64,000 nt of DNA, taken from Candidatus Latescibacterota bacterium. GTDB taxonomy: Bacteria > Latescibacterota > UBA2968 > UBA8231. Positions 18,588 through 27,978 of this stretch are shown piece by piece (positions within the stretch are counted from its first letter, which is position 1; each line of letters starts with the position of its first letter). Made by a program: the position numbers and the translations under genes. The stretch lies in contig OZ241889.1 of NCBI GenBank assembly GCA_965203355.1, positions 1,216,001 through 1,280,000 of the forward strand. Reading direction: 5' to 3'. The notes under the pieces are model-generated. The model searched no databases and was not told the origin of the DNA. It worked only from the letters and a program-made list of their open reading frames with translations.

Positions 18588-21500
18588 ATGGAAACAAGAC
18601 TCACGAGAAAAGACCTCGCCTTCATCGGCGGCTGTGTGCTCATTGCCGCCGTTAGTTTGGCCGTTGGAGTTCACTACTTCTACCGGGCCTTTCCCGAAGC
18701 CTCCATTGACTTCCGCGTCACCCGCGACGAGGCCAAGGGGCAAGCGGCCGATTTTATCGCGGCCCGCGGCTTTGATCTGGCCGACTACCGCCACAGTGCC
18801 ATTTTCCACTTCGATAAGCAGACCAAGACCTTCCTCGAGCGCGAGTTGGGTCTCGAGGGGGCGACGCAGGTCATTGGCGATCCCGTGCAGTTGTGGCGCT
18901 GGAGCAACCGCTGGGTGCGGGAGCTGAAAAAGGAGGAGTTCCAAGCCACGGTTACGACGGCTGGCGCGCTGGTCAGTTTTAGCCATCTCATCGAGGAAGA
19001 AGCGCCCGGCGCGCGCTTGGCCGAAGCCGAAGCCCGCCGCTTGGCCGAGACCTTTCTCACGGTTGAGCTGGGCCGCTCGCTCGCCGCGCTCGAATTCGCC
19101 GAGGCGCAGACTCAGGAGCGACCCAACCGCATCGACCATACCTTTAGCTGGAAACTGCGCGGCTTTGCCGTTGGCGATGCTTACTATCGCTTCTACGTGC
19201 GGCTGCAAGGCGACCAGATCGGCGGCTTTGGCGAGTATCTCAAAATTCCCGAGGCGTGGGAGCGCGACTACGCCGAGTTGCGGTCGCACAACGAGACCAC
19301 GGGTTTGGTGGCCGGGACCTTACTTTTCCTAACCATACTGGCGATGCTGGTTTCGTTCTTTAGCGGGGTCCGCGCCCGAGACATCCGCTGGAAAACCGCG
19401 GCGATTTTCGGAGCCATTGCCGCGGTGCTGACGCTGCTGGCCGAACTCAACAACCTACCGCTGACCGCGTTTAACTACGACACGACCGATACCTACGGGT
19501 CTTTTTTGACGCGCCAGTTGCTCAACAGTCTGTTCGCCGCGGCCGCCCAAGGCATTCTCATCTTCTTTCTCACGGCGGCGGCTGAGCCTTTGTACCGACG
19601 ATACTGCGCGGACCAAATTCAGATCGGGAGTCAGTTTACGCCAGCGGGCCTGCGCACCAAGCGCTTTCTCCTCGGCACTATTCTCGGCTTGGCCATGACC
19701 CCCGCTTTCTTGGCCTATCAAGTTCTCTTTTACATCACAGCCGAGCAATTCGGCGCATGGAGTCCGGCGGACATTCCCTACCGCGAGATGGTCAACACCT
19801 ATATCCCGTGGATCATGGTGCTGTTGATCGGCTTTATGCCCGCGGTCTCCGAGGAGTTCATCTCGCGGGCCTTTTCGATTCCCTTCCTGCACAAATACCT
19901 CAAGTTCCGCTGGGTTGCGGTCGTCATCGCGGGTCTTATATGGGGATTTGCTCACGCCAACTACCCGCAACAGCCCTTTTACATTCGCGGCGTTGAGGTG
20001 GGCATCGCCGGTATTGTCGTCGGCTATGTTTTTCTTCGCTTTGGGATCCTGGCCCCCCTCGTATGGCACTACACGATTGACGCCCTGTACACGTCGCTGA
20101 TTCTCTTTCGCTCTTCCAACAGCTACTTCGTGGTTTCAGCGGCCCTGTCGGCGGGCCTGCTGCTACTGCCCTTAGCGGTGGCTCTCGTGCTTTACCTGCG
20201 GCAGCGCCGCTTTGCCGACCCAACGCCCTTGCTCAACAAAAGCGCGGCACCCCCGGCCGCGGAAGCCGTCGCGGCCGAGCCTACCGCGCAACAGCCCACC
20301 GCCCCGGCCCCCACGTTTGCCTATACCCCGCTGTCCAAGCGGCGGGTGGGTTGGGCTGCTGCGGTGGTCGGGGTCTCGCTGGGTTTTTTCGCCCTCGACT
20401 ACGAGAAGCCGCTCGATTTTGTCGATGTCCGGCTGACGCGGGCCGAGGCCGAGGCCAAGGCCATTGAGCATCTAAAGGCGACCGGCGCGGACGCCTCGGC
20501 ATACGAGGTGGTCACCTATTATCAAAACCAACCAGACCGAATGGCGATTCGCTACATCTTGGAGCGAGACTCCGTGGCCGTGGTCAATCGCCTGTACCAA
20601 GCCGATCTGTTGGCCAGCTTGTGGGTGACGCGCTTTTTCCGCTACGGAGAAAAGGAGGAGTACCAGGTCGCCATCCATCCCGAAGACGGCTCTCTCTACA
20701 GCATCAATCACCTGCTGGCCGAAGAGGCCGAGGGCGCGGATCTCGAAGAGGCCCAAGCCCAAGCCATAGCGGTCGAGCACCTGCGGACCTACGGCTTTGC
20801 GGTCGAGCAGTTGGCGCTCAAGGAATCCTCGTCGGAAAAGCTGCCCAACCGCCGCGATCACCGCTTCGTCTTTGAAGCGGTTGAAGGCGACGCGCGCAAC
20901 GTCGATGAACTGCGCTACCGAGTGCGGGTCAACATTGCGGGCGACGAGCCGGTTGCCATCTACCGCTTTCTCAAAGTGCCCGAGGATTGGCGGCGCGTAC
21001 GCCAAGAGAGCACCACGCTCAAAACCGCGCTTTCCGGCTTGCTCATCGTCTTGATTGCCGCCGTGGTGCTGCACGGCCTGTGGCTGCTCGTGCGCCGGGT
21101 GCGGACCGCGGGCCTAGTTTGGTCCCCGCTGATCAAAATTGCCGCGGTCGCCTCGGCCTTCTTCTTACTCGAATTTCTCAATGGCCTGTCGGTTGTCGAA
21201 CGGGCCTACGACACCCGCCTCACGCTGCCGATCTTTACCATTACCCAGCTACTCAGCATGGCCTTGGGCGGCTTGGGTCTCGGCTTGGTGATGCTCGCGG
21301 CCCTCGGCTTGGCCACCAGCCTCTATCCAGACTGGTCGGCGTGCCTGCGGTCTGCGCGGCGCGTACCCGAATTCCGCGACGCGGTGATCGCGGTCTCGCT
21401 GATTCTCGTCGCCAGCGAGGCGTGGCAACACTTGCGCGGCTACGTAGAGAGCCGATTCATCGCCGCCGATCCGAGTATCGGCTTTGGGTTGCCCACTGGA

Positions 21501-21944
21501 TTGGACCAGTATTGGCCCTTTTGGCATACCCTGTACAACGGCGTAACAAACGCCATCTTCCTCCCGATCATCGTTGGCTTGGTGCTTTACTATGGTCGCG
21601 TGGTCATAAAAAAGAAGCTCTACGCAGTCGTGGTGGGCTTGGGGGTGGGCTTGATTGTGTCTGGCGGCAATGCCGTTCACTTTGACGAGTTCCTCTTTGA
21701 GTTGGCGACGTTTGTCGCCAGCATTGGCTTTGTGGTAGCCGCTGTCGTCTTGCTCTTGCGGAACAACCTCCTCGCCTACGTATTGCTGGGATTTGTCTCA
21801 GTGCTCTCGCAAGTCAAGAGCCTCGGGGCGCTGTCGGCACCGGCCTATCAGTTGCAAGCCGGCATTCTGTTGCTGCTAACTCTTTTGGTGATCGTCTGCT
21901 TGTGGTGGCGTTTGGGCGCTGAGCGCGGATCCCGCGTTTCCTGA
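18588..21944 (+). CDS. Large CPBP/CAAX (Abi) family intramembrane metalloprotease with duplicated extracytoplasmic module
   Basis: EEFISRAF, WGFAH, WHYTID motifs; repeated KEEFQ/KEEYQ..HLIEEEAPGA/HLLAEEAEGA..PNRIDH/PNRRDH..LKIPE/LKVPE blocks. Confidence 0.85.
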   Translation: METRLTRKDLAFIGGCVLIAAVSLAVGVHYFYRAFPEASIDFRVTRDEAKGQAADFIAARGFDLADYRHSAIFHFDKQTKTFLERELGLEGATQVIGDPVQLWRWSNRWVRELKKEEFQATVTTAGALVSFSHLIEEEAPGARLAEAEARRLAETFLTVELGRSLAALEFAEAQTQERPNRIDHTFSWKLRGFAVGDAYYRFYVRLQGDQIGGFGEYLKIPEAWERDYAELRSHNETTGLVAGTLLFLTILAMLVSFFSGVRARDIRWKTAAIFGAIAAVLTLLAELNNLPLTAFNYDTTDTYGSFLTRQLLNSLFAAAAQGILIFFLTAAAEPLYRRYCADQIQIGSQFTPAGLRTKRFLLGTILGLAMTPAFLAYQVLFYITAEQFGAWSPADIPYREMVNTYIPWIMVLLIGFMPAVSEEFISRAFSIPFLHKYLKFRWVAVVIAGLIWGFAHANYPQQPFYIRGVEVGIAGIVVGYVFLRFGILAPLVWHYTIDALYTSLILFRSSNSYFVVSAALSAGLLLLPLAVALVLYLRQRRFADPTPLLNKSAAPPAAEAVAAEPTAQQPTAPAPTFAYTPLSKRRVGWAAAVVGVSLGFFALDYEKPLDFVDVRLTRAEAEAKAIEHLKATGADASAYEVVTYYQNQPDRMAIRYILERDSVAVVNRLYQADLLASLWVTRFFRYGEKEEYQVAIHPEDGSLYSINHLLAEEAEGADLEEAQAQAIAVEHLRTYGFAVEQLALKESSSEKLPNRRDHRFVFEAVEGDARNVDELRYRVRVNIAGDEPVAIYRFLKVPEDWRRVRQESTTLKTALSGLLIVLIAAVVLHGLWLLVRRVRTAGLVWSPLIKIAAVASAFFLLEFLNGLSVVERAYDTRLTLPIFTITQLLSMALGGLGLGLVMLAALGLATSLYPDWSACLRSARRVPEFRDAVIAVSLILVASEAWQHLRGYVESRFIAADPSIGFGLPTGLDQYWPFWHTLYNGVTNAIFLPIIVGLVLYYGRVVIKKKLYAVVVGLGVGLIVSGGNAVHFDEFLFELATFVASIGFVVAAVVLLLRNNLLAYVLLGFVSVLSQVKSLGALSAPAYQLQAGILLLLTLLVIVCLWWRLGAERGSRVS

Positions 21945-21982
21945 ACTCAGTGGAAAACCGAGCTTAAAGAAAGGAACGTGCT

Positions 21983-22681
21983 ATGCGCGTACTCGTAACC
22001 GGCGCAGCCGGTCGCGTCGGCTCTACTGTAGCCCGCGGCATGCAAGTGCGCCACCAAGTGCGCGGCCACGACCGCGTGCCCATGCCCGACCTCGCCGATA
22101 CGGTCGTCTCCGATCTCGCGGACTTCGACGCTGTGTTAAAAGCTACGTGCGGCATGGACGCGATTGCCCACATTGGGGGTCTGCCTGGCGGCAACGAGTG
22201 GGAGACCATGCTACCGGGCAACTTCATCGGCACGTACAACGTCTTTGAGGCCGCTCGGCAAAACGGCGTCAAGCGCGTCGCCTACGCCAGCCGCGCCGGC
22301 GTCTTGAGTCTCTATCCGCGCACGATCCACCGCACCGTTGATATGACGACCACGCCGGTGGGTATCTACACGGTCAGCAAAATTTTCGGCGAGGCACTCG
22401 CCCACTCTTTTGCCCATCAGCACGACATGGAATTCGTCTGTGTGCGCATCGGCAATTTCAACCTCGAGCGCGACCAGCCCCAACATCCGCACCACCTCAG
22501 CCACGGCGATTGCGTCCGGGTTTTTGAGCAGGCACTGATTCATCCGGGCGTGCAGTTCGAAATCGTCTTTGGGGTGTCGGGTAGCAATTGGCCGCTCTAC
22601 GACATTGAACACGGCAAGAGGGCGATTGGCTACGAGCCGCAGGATTATTCGGAGGTGCCGGAAGAGGAGTGGGGGAGGTAG
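21983..22681 (+). CDS. NAD-dependent epimerase/dehydratase (uronate dehydrogenase-like SDR)
   Basis: TGAAGRVG, YTVSK (YxxxK), VRIG. Confidence 0.85.
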   Translation: MRVLVTGAAGRVGSTVARGMQVRHQVRGHDRVPMPDLADTVVSDLADFDAVLKATCGMDAIAHIGGLPGGNEWETMLPGNFIGTYNVFEAARQNGVKRVAYASRAGVLSLYPRTIHRTVDMTTTPVGIYTVSKIFGEALAHSFAHQHDMEFVCVRIGNFNLERDQPQHPHHLSHGDCVRVFEQALIHPGVQFEIVFGVSGSNWPLYDIEHGKRAIGYEPQDYSEVPEEEWGR

Positions 22682-22717
22682 GGGCGTTGGATGTTTGGGT
22701 TTTTCTTGCACTTTAGA

Positions 22718-22745
22718 TTGACAGCCCCCGAGCCCCTGTTACATT
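22718..22745 (+). promoter_or_regulatory. Putative sigma70 promoter of the capsid-MNT/HEPN operon
   Basis: TTGACA-N16-TACATT with TG extension; AGGAG RBS at 22831 before ATG 22843. Confidence 0.4.
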
Positions 22746-22842
22746 TCATAACGTCAGTAAAAATCGACGTTAGGTGGGTATTTCTACAACGGAGATACCC
22801 GCCTAAAAATGTGGGTATTTGTATGTAGTTAGGAGAAGCGAT

Positions 22843-24066
22843 ATGACAGATTCGGAACTTCAGCAAGGCCAAGAGATTCTCAAAAATCTGACGGTTGAAG
22901 ACTTGCAGATCCCAGAAGGCCAAGAAAGATTTAATCAAGCGGCGGGAAAGTACATTCGCAGTAAAATTAAAAGTACGTCGCTCTTTTACAAGGTGATACC
23001 TCCTCGATCTGTAACCGAAGACGAATTGGTACCCCTTGGCGACGCGACGGACGGGCAGCCTGATCTAAGATATCGTATGCCTGGGGTCTCGATGCTGGAT
23101 CCATCAAAGTCGGTCAAGGCAATGTTGATGGACATGCGTGGCAAGCCCGTCCCCAATTATACAGACGGTAGGCAGCAACTTTTCATTCCAATGGGCGTAG
23201 TCAAGACCAAACGGTTTGAAAAGACGCCAGTAGAGCTTTTGGCCGCTGGTAGCCTCCTGAAGCTGGTTGAGGAGATGGCGTCTTGGGAGGTCAAGGAGCG
23301 CGATAGAAAGTTTCTGAAGTACTGCGAGTTGGCGGTCAAGAAATCGGGACAAGTGCTCAGGAAGAGCGGACCTTTGCAGAGGGATCACTTCCGCGAAATT
23401 CAGCATCCAGCAATACAAAATGAGATCGAGTCTAAAGTCGTCCTGCTGGCCAAAACGGCCGTTATGGATCTGGACTTAGAAAAATCTGCGGCAAGAATCA
23501 GTGGCATGGAATGTATCTATTCGCAGGACGACGATGTGCTTGCTCCGACAGTGGTATGGTCTTTCCCAACACCAGATCTTCTGGGGTATAATTTGTGTTG
23601 TGGAGACTACAAGTTCTATAGTAAACAAGAGAAAGTAGAGCTGTGGAGCTTCCAAGGCTGGGAGACGATAGGGGCCGGTATTGGCAATATCAATGGTGTT
23701 ACCAAGCTCATCTTGGGCTTCATGGCTGGAGAGAGCAAGATCCCCGATAACTTCGACAGGATGGGCGGTCCTAAGAAGCCAATGATTCCAGCTGAGTATC
23801 GCGCTGATGTGGTTCGGGCGGTGGATATCTGCAAGGAAGAGGGATGCCGAGATGTGTTTGTACTTGGCTCGAACGCAGTTAGAAGACATGGGTCGCAGGC
23901 CGGTCTGGATATAGGCATCCGTGGCTGTCCAGCCAACCACTTCTATCGTCTGCTGGGTCGGTTAATGGAAGAACTCGCTTATCCTGTAGGTTTGATAGAT
24001 TTGGACCGCGAAACTCGGATTGCAGAATTGCTCGAGCGAGAAGGCCAACTCGTACATGTGGGATGA
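22843..24066 (+). CDS. HK97-fold major capsid/encapsulin-like domain fused to a degenerate MNT nucleotidyltransferase
   Basis: aa 1-~292: AAGKYIRSKIKSTSLFYKVIPP, IPMGVVKTKRFEKTPVELLA, ERDRKFLKYCELAV, WETIGAGIGNINGVTKL resemble large-phage capsid proteins; aa 314-407: RAVDICKEEGCRDVFVLGS-x10-GLD...YPVGLIDLD is an MNT pattern with two Asp changed to Gly. Confidence 0.68.
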   Translation: MTDSELQQGQEILKNLTVEDLQIPEGQERFNQAAGKYIRSKIKSTSLFYKVIPPRSVTEDELVPLGDATDGQPDLRYRMPGVSMLDPSKSVKAMLMDMRGKPVPNYTDGRQQLFIPMGVVKTKRFEKTPVELLAAGSLLKLVEEMASWEVKERDRKFLKYCELAVKKSGQVLRKSGPLQRDHFREIQHPAIQNEIESKVVLLAKTAVMDLDLEKSAARISGMECIYSQDDDVLAPTVVWSFPTPDLLGYNLCCGDYKFYSKQEKVELWSFQGWETIGAGIGNINGVTKLILGFMAGESKIPDNFDRMGGPKKPMIPAEYRADVVRAVDICKEEGCRDVFVLGSNAVRRHGSQAGLDIGIRGCPANHFYRLLGRLMEELAYPVGLIDLDRETRIAELLEREGQLVHVG

Positions 24067-24494
24067 GGCTCTCGACCAACACATCGTCGCCGAACTCGAA
24101 CAAATCAATGCCCTACTCGACAAGTCCTCTGCATTAATACAAATTCCAACTGATGTGGCCCCATCCTTTGAGCGTCTGGTGGCCCTATCTGCAATTCTCA
24201 GTTCTTTCTATACCGGCCTTGAGCGAATTTTCGAGCGCATCGCCGACGCAACCCAAAGATGAACGCTGGCATGCCGAATTGCTAAGTCAGGTTGCTCGCC
24301 AAACGGAGAGGCGACCGGCTGTAATATCAGAGGACGCACGACGGCGTTTGAGCGAGTACCTCGCTTTCCGGCATCTTTCCCGGCATGTGTATGTGCATGA
24401 GCTCGTCTGGGATCGCATGGCCCATTTGGTTGCAACTATTTCACAGACATGGGATACGGTCCGGGTAGAGATTTTGCAATTCGCGGATGAATAG
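24056..24494 (+). pseudogene. HepT-like HEPN ribonuclease toxin, frameshifted at ~24251
   Basis: Frame A: LSSFYTGLERIFERIA; frame B: PKDERWHAELL...EYLAFRHLSRHVY (Rx4HxY); start overlaps the upstream stop. Confidence 0.82.
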
Positions 24495-24588
24495 GCTGCT
24501 GTCGCAATTTGGCGGGACCGGTGATGAGATTCCTATGTTCGCAAAATGTCGTGCGAGATTGGCTACTAACTCACAAGAGAGGCTCTCC

Positions 24589-25461
24589 ATGAACCCAAGC
24601 TGCTTGCAGCACTGCATGACCGATGCACAGCGCGATCATTTTGAGCAGCAGGGATATTTGGTCGTCGAGGATGCGCTCGACGACGACATGCTGGGCCGGC
24701 TTTTGGCGGCTGGCGACCGCGTCGATGCCGAGGAAAGGGCGGCGCGTGGCTTGGCCCCCCAAGCCCTGATGGCGAAGTTCAGGACTATCGTCGAGGATGA
24801 TGTTTTTCTCGAACTGCTCGATTGGCCCAAGACGTTCCCGCTGATATGGGACATTCTCGGCTGGAATGTCCAGCACTATATCTCGCATTTGATCTACTAC
24901 CCACCCGAAGCCAAAAACAGCATCAATCTGAAACCCGGAGGATGGCACCAGGACGGCGGCCGACCCGTCCCCGAAATGGAGCGTCCCCACCCGAGATTGT
25001 CGCTGAAGGTCGGATTTTGGCTGACCGACATCAGCGAGCCGGATCGGGGGGGCATCAGGATCGTCCCCACAAGCCACAAGCGCGATCAGCCGCCCGATTT
25101 TGCCGAGGCCATGCAGGTGCAGGTGCCGGCGGGCACGGCCGTGCTGTTCGACCGCCGGATGTGGCACGCGCGCGGAATCAATACCTCGGAGACGACCCGG
25201 AAAGTGTTGTTTTTAGGGTATAGCTATCGCTGGCTGCGCGGCCTCGACTACAACTTGATGCCCGCTGAGATTCTCGCCAAGTGTAGTCCCATACGCCGAC
25301 AATTGCTCGGCGATGGGGTGGATGTCAAAGGGTGGTGGCAGCCGACCGATGCGGACGTGCCCCTCAAGGGCTGGCTGACCGAGCACAAGGGAGAGGAATA
25401 CGTCGAGCGGATTGGGCAAAAGCAGTGGGAACGGGAAAAGTGGGAAGGGCCGGCCAGCTAA
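24589..25461 (+). CDS. Phytanoyl-CoA dioxygenase (PhyH) family 2OG-Fe(II) oxygenase
   Basis: FEQQGYLVVEDAL, WHQD, VPTSHK, LFDRRMWHA. Confidence 0.9.
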   Translation: MNPSCLQHCMTDAQRDHFEQQGYLVVEDALDDDMLGRLLAAGDRVDAEERAARGLAPQALMAKFRTIVEDDVFLELLDWPKTFPLIWDILGWNVQHYISHLIYYPPEAKNSINLKPGGWHQDGGRPVPEMERPHPRLSLKVGFWLTDISEPDRGGIRIVPTSHKRDQPPDFAEAMQVQVPAGTAVLFDRRMWHARGINTSETTRKVLFLGYSYRWLRGLDYNLMPAEILAKCSPIRRQLLGDGVDVKGWWQPTDADVPLKGWLTEHKGEEYVERIGQKQWEREKWEGPAS

Positions 25462-25592
25462 CCATTGACGCGCCCGGCGTCTCGACGAAAATCAGCGCGT
25501 GCTCCACAACGACTTTGAGGCGATGTGGAGTCCTAGTTTTGCGCCGGCAGAGGATGATCGCGCGGCCGCTCTTCGTTTAATTCCACCCTGAG

Positions 25593-26579
25593 CTAAGGGC
25601 GCAGTGCTCGCTCAAGGTCGAGGCGACCGGCCGCCAAGGCGGTGCGGAATACTTCGACCGTGTCTCGGACTCCTTGGACCAGCGATCGATACTGAAGCGG
25701 TCCGAGGGCTTGATTCAGGGCGCTGTCATCGGCGCTCGAAGGATGGGGCAGCGGCGTCGGGTCGAAGCCAATTTTGCCCGCCGACTCGGGGATAACCTCC
25801 TCGATTGCAGCGACGATCTCGGCCATGGAGACCGTGCTGCCCCCTAGATTGTACACTGGGGCGCCTTTTAGCTTGGCCTTGGCCGCAGCGATAAAGGCGG
25901 CAGCAACATCATCGGCGTGGTGATAGACGAGGGTGCCGCCATAGGTGATCTCGTACTCGCGACCGAGCGCGGCGGCCAGCATGGCCTTGGTCGGAGTGGA
26001 GGTCCAGCCTTGGTCGCGACCCGGGCCATACACTACGCATGGGCGCAGACCGAGGCTGTGTACCGCCTGCTCCCGCCAATAGACCTGCGCCGTGCCTTCG
26101 TTGCACTGCTTGAACACCCCGTAGAGCGTCGGAGGCAGCAACGGAGCGTCGTGGGCAAGCGGCCCCGGCGGGTACGCTGCCGGGTCGCCGTACACCCCAA
26201 ACGAGCTGGCAAAGACGAGATTCTGGACCTGGTCGCGATGCCGTGCGGCCGTTTCAAAAACGACGGTGGAGCCCACGACGTTTACCATGGCCCCGCGCAC
26301 TGGATCGGCCCGCACTAGGGGCACCTGCATGGCTGCTAGGTGCAGGATGTGCGTAATACCGCCGTCGATCACGACTCGCTCGAACTCGTCTAGCGCCGCG
26401 ATGTCGCCCTCGACTTGTCGCACCTGAGCCAGTTCTTCGTCCGTCATGATCGTTCTCAGTCGGTAGGGATCGCCGCCGAGGTCGTAGGTCCACACCGGCA
26501 CTCCCTCGCGGACCAGTCGACGAACCGCCCAGGCCCCCACACAACCGAGTGCTCCTGTCACCAAATACCGTTCATTCAT
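25593..26579 (-). CDS. NAD-dependent epimerase/dehydratase
   Basis: TGALGCVG, YGVFK, VYGPG. Confidence 0.88.
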   Translation of the reverse strand: MNERYLVTGALGCVGAWAVRRLVREGVPVWTYDLGGDPYRLRTIMTDEELAQVRQVEGDIAALDEFERVVIDGGITHILHLAAMQVPLVRADPVRGAMVNVVGSTVVFETAARHRDQVQNLVFASSFGVYGDPAAYPPGPLAHDAPLLPPTLYGVFKQCNEGTAQVYWREQAVHSLGLRPCVVYGPGRDQGWTSTPTKAMLAAALGREYEITYGGTLVYHHADDVAAAFIAAAKAKLKGAPVYNLGGSTVSMAEIVAAIEEVIPESAGKIGFDPTPLPHPSSADDSALNQALGPLQYRSLVQGVRDTVEVFRTALAAGRLDLERALRP

Positions 26580-26649
26580 ATGTCGCCTCTATAAAAAAGA
26601 TAAATCCGATTTCTTGTCGTCTTGTAGATAACATCGAGCGACGAGCGCC

Positions 26650-27978
26650 CTACCGGCTCAGTCGATCGAGGACGTTGCGGGTGATCTGGGCGACCGTCGC
26701 GTCGCCTTTTAGACCGTGCGACCAGTCGGTTGTCCCGGCTGTGAACACGGTGCCGCCGCGCGTGTAAAGGCCCATGACCGCCGCGCCCTCGCGGCCCTTT
26801 TCCCAGCGTTCGTACCATGCGCTGTCGTCGGGATGCCATCGCGCTGGGGCGGTGCATAAGATGGTGAAGTCCGCCGGGGTGCCATAGGTTCCGGTGGGTA
26901 CTGGTAGTCCTTCTACCAACGCGTACTCGCAGCCGTCGCACTCATAGCCGACAATGGTGTGCTCGCCGCCGAAGCTGTCGTCGCGCTGCAAGCCCGTCTC
27001 GGCAAAAACCCAGTGCTCCGGGCGATGGACTGTAAATGCTCCCGACCCGTCCATGTATTGCCCGTGGCTTAGGTGATACCCCCCGTAGAGAAAGCCGACG
27101 CCGGTCAACTCGTTTTCTGGCCGGCCCACGAGGTGGTGGCTCCACAAAGTCGAAAGGTCCGCGTAATCTCCGGCCGCGTAGGCCGGGTCCATGTTGAACT
27201 GTTGCTTCCAGCACACTAACGCGCGGCCCGCGTCCTCGCTGCGGACCCGCCAGCACACGGAGTTGCCGCTGAAAAACGCGACGTTGCCCCCGGCGGCAAT
27301 GTAGGCTTCGAGGTGGTCGCGCATGGGAGCCGACCAGTATTCATCGTGCCCCACGCTCAGCACGAGCCGGTAGTTGGCCAACAGTTCGGGATGCCATTCG
27401 AGGTCGGAGTTGGCGCAGTAGTCGAGCGCGTATCCAGCGGCCTCGGCCCACTCGACAAAGTCGCGCTCCCAGCGGTCGAACAGCCCGGCCAGCGGACGGT
27501 CGAAGGAGACGCGATGCCCTTGCAAGCCGCCGCGGCCGTGATAGCCGTACAAGCTGTAACCGCCCCAGTTGTTGTAGGCGCTGTAGGTGTTGGTGGCTAA
27601 CTGGAGGAGGATGCGCGCGTCCGTAGGGCCAGCCGGGCGCACGATGAAAAAGCCTCGGCTCTCGGCTGTGCGTCGCCCCCGCCGCGCGAACTTGCCGCCG
27701 TGGTCCTCAATGCGCAACGCGAACTCGTAGTATCCGCTGCGCCAGTCGTCCGGCACTTTGAGGCCGTGGGCAACCGGCCAGCCGCAGCCGTTGGCAGAAG
27801 CGTCTTCGGGCACTGGAGGAGCTACTCCGGGCAACCGATCCTGCCGCCATACTACTTCGCGCTCGGCACCTATCCGCGCTACTTCCAGCGCGTACTCATC
27901 CGCACTGGTGGATACGTGAAAGCACACCTGTTGGCCGGCTTGGTAGCTGAGTTGGTCGGTGTAGCCTTCGACGAACAT
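26650..27978 (-). CDS. N,N-dimethylformamidase beta-subunit-like (DUF6605) protein
   Basis: TYSAYNNWGGYSLY, VSFDRP, SVGHDEYWS, FFSGN, VGYECDG. Confidence 0.8.
   Translation of the reverse strand: MFVEGYTDQLSYQAGQQVCFHVSTSADEYALEVARIGAEREVVWRQDRLPGVAPPVPEDASANGCGWPVAHGLKVPDDWRSGYYEFALRIEDHGGKFARRGRRTAESRGFFIVRPAGPTDARILLQLATNTYSAYNNWGGYSLYGYHGRGGLQGHRVSFDRPLAGLFDRWERDFVEWAEAAGYALDYCANSDLEWHPELLANYRLVLSVGHDEYWSAPMRDHLEAYIAAGGNVAFFSGNSVCWRVRSEDAGRALVCWKQQFNMDPAYAAGDYADLSTLWSHHLVGRPENELTGVGFLYGGYHLSHGQYMDGSGAFTVHRPEHWVFAETGLQRDDSFGGEHTIVGYECDGCEYALVEGLPVPTGTYGTPADFTILCTAPARWHPDDSAWYERWEKGREGAAVMGLYTRGGTVFTAGTTDWSHGLKGDATVAQITRNVLDRLSR

Noticed and set aside
24245-24262. Programmed -1 frameshift at CCCAAAG in the HEPN gene
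   Set aside because: Joining the halves needs a +1 shift, the heptamer is not in the required phase, and residues appear to be missing
22681-24500. Prophage
   Set aside because: No terminase, portal, protease, tail or integrase genes; the capsid-like domain is solitary
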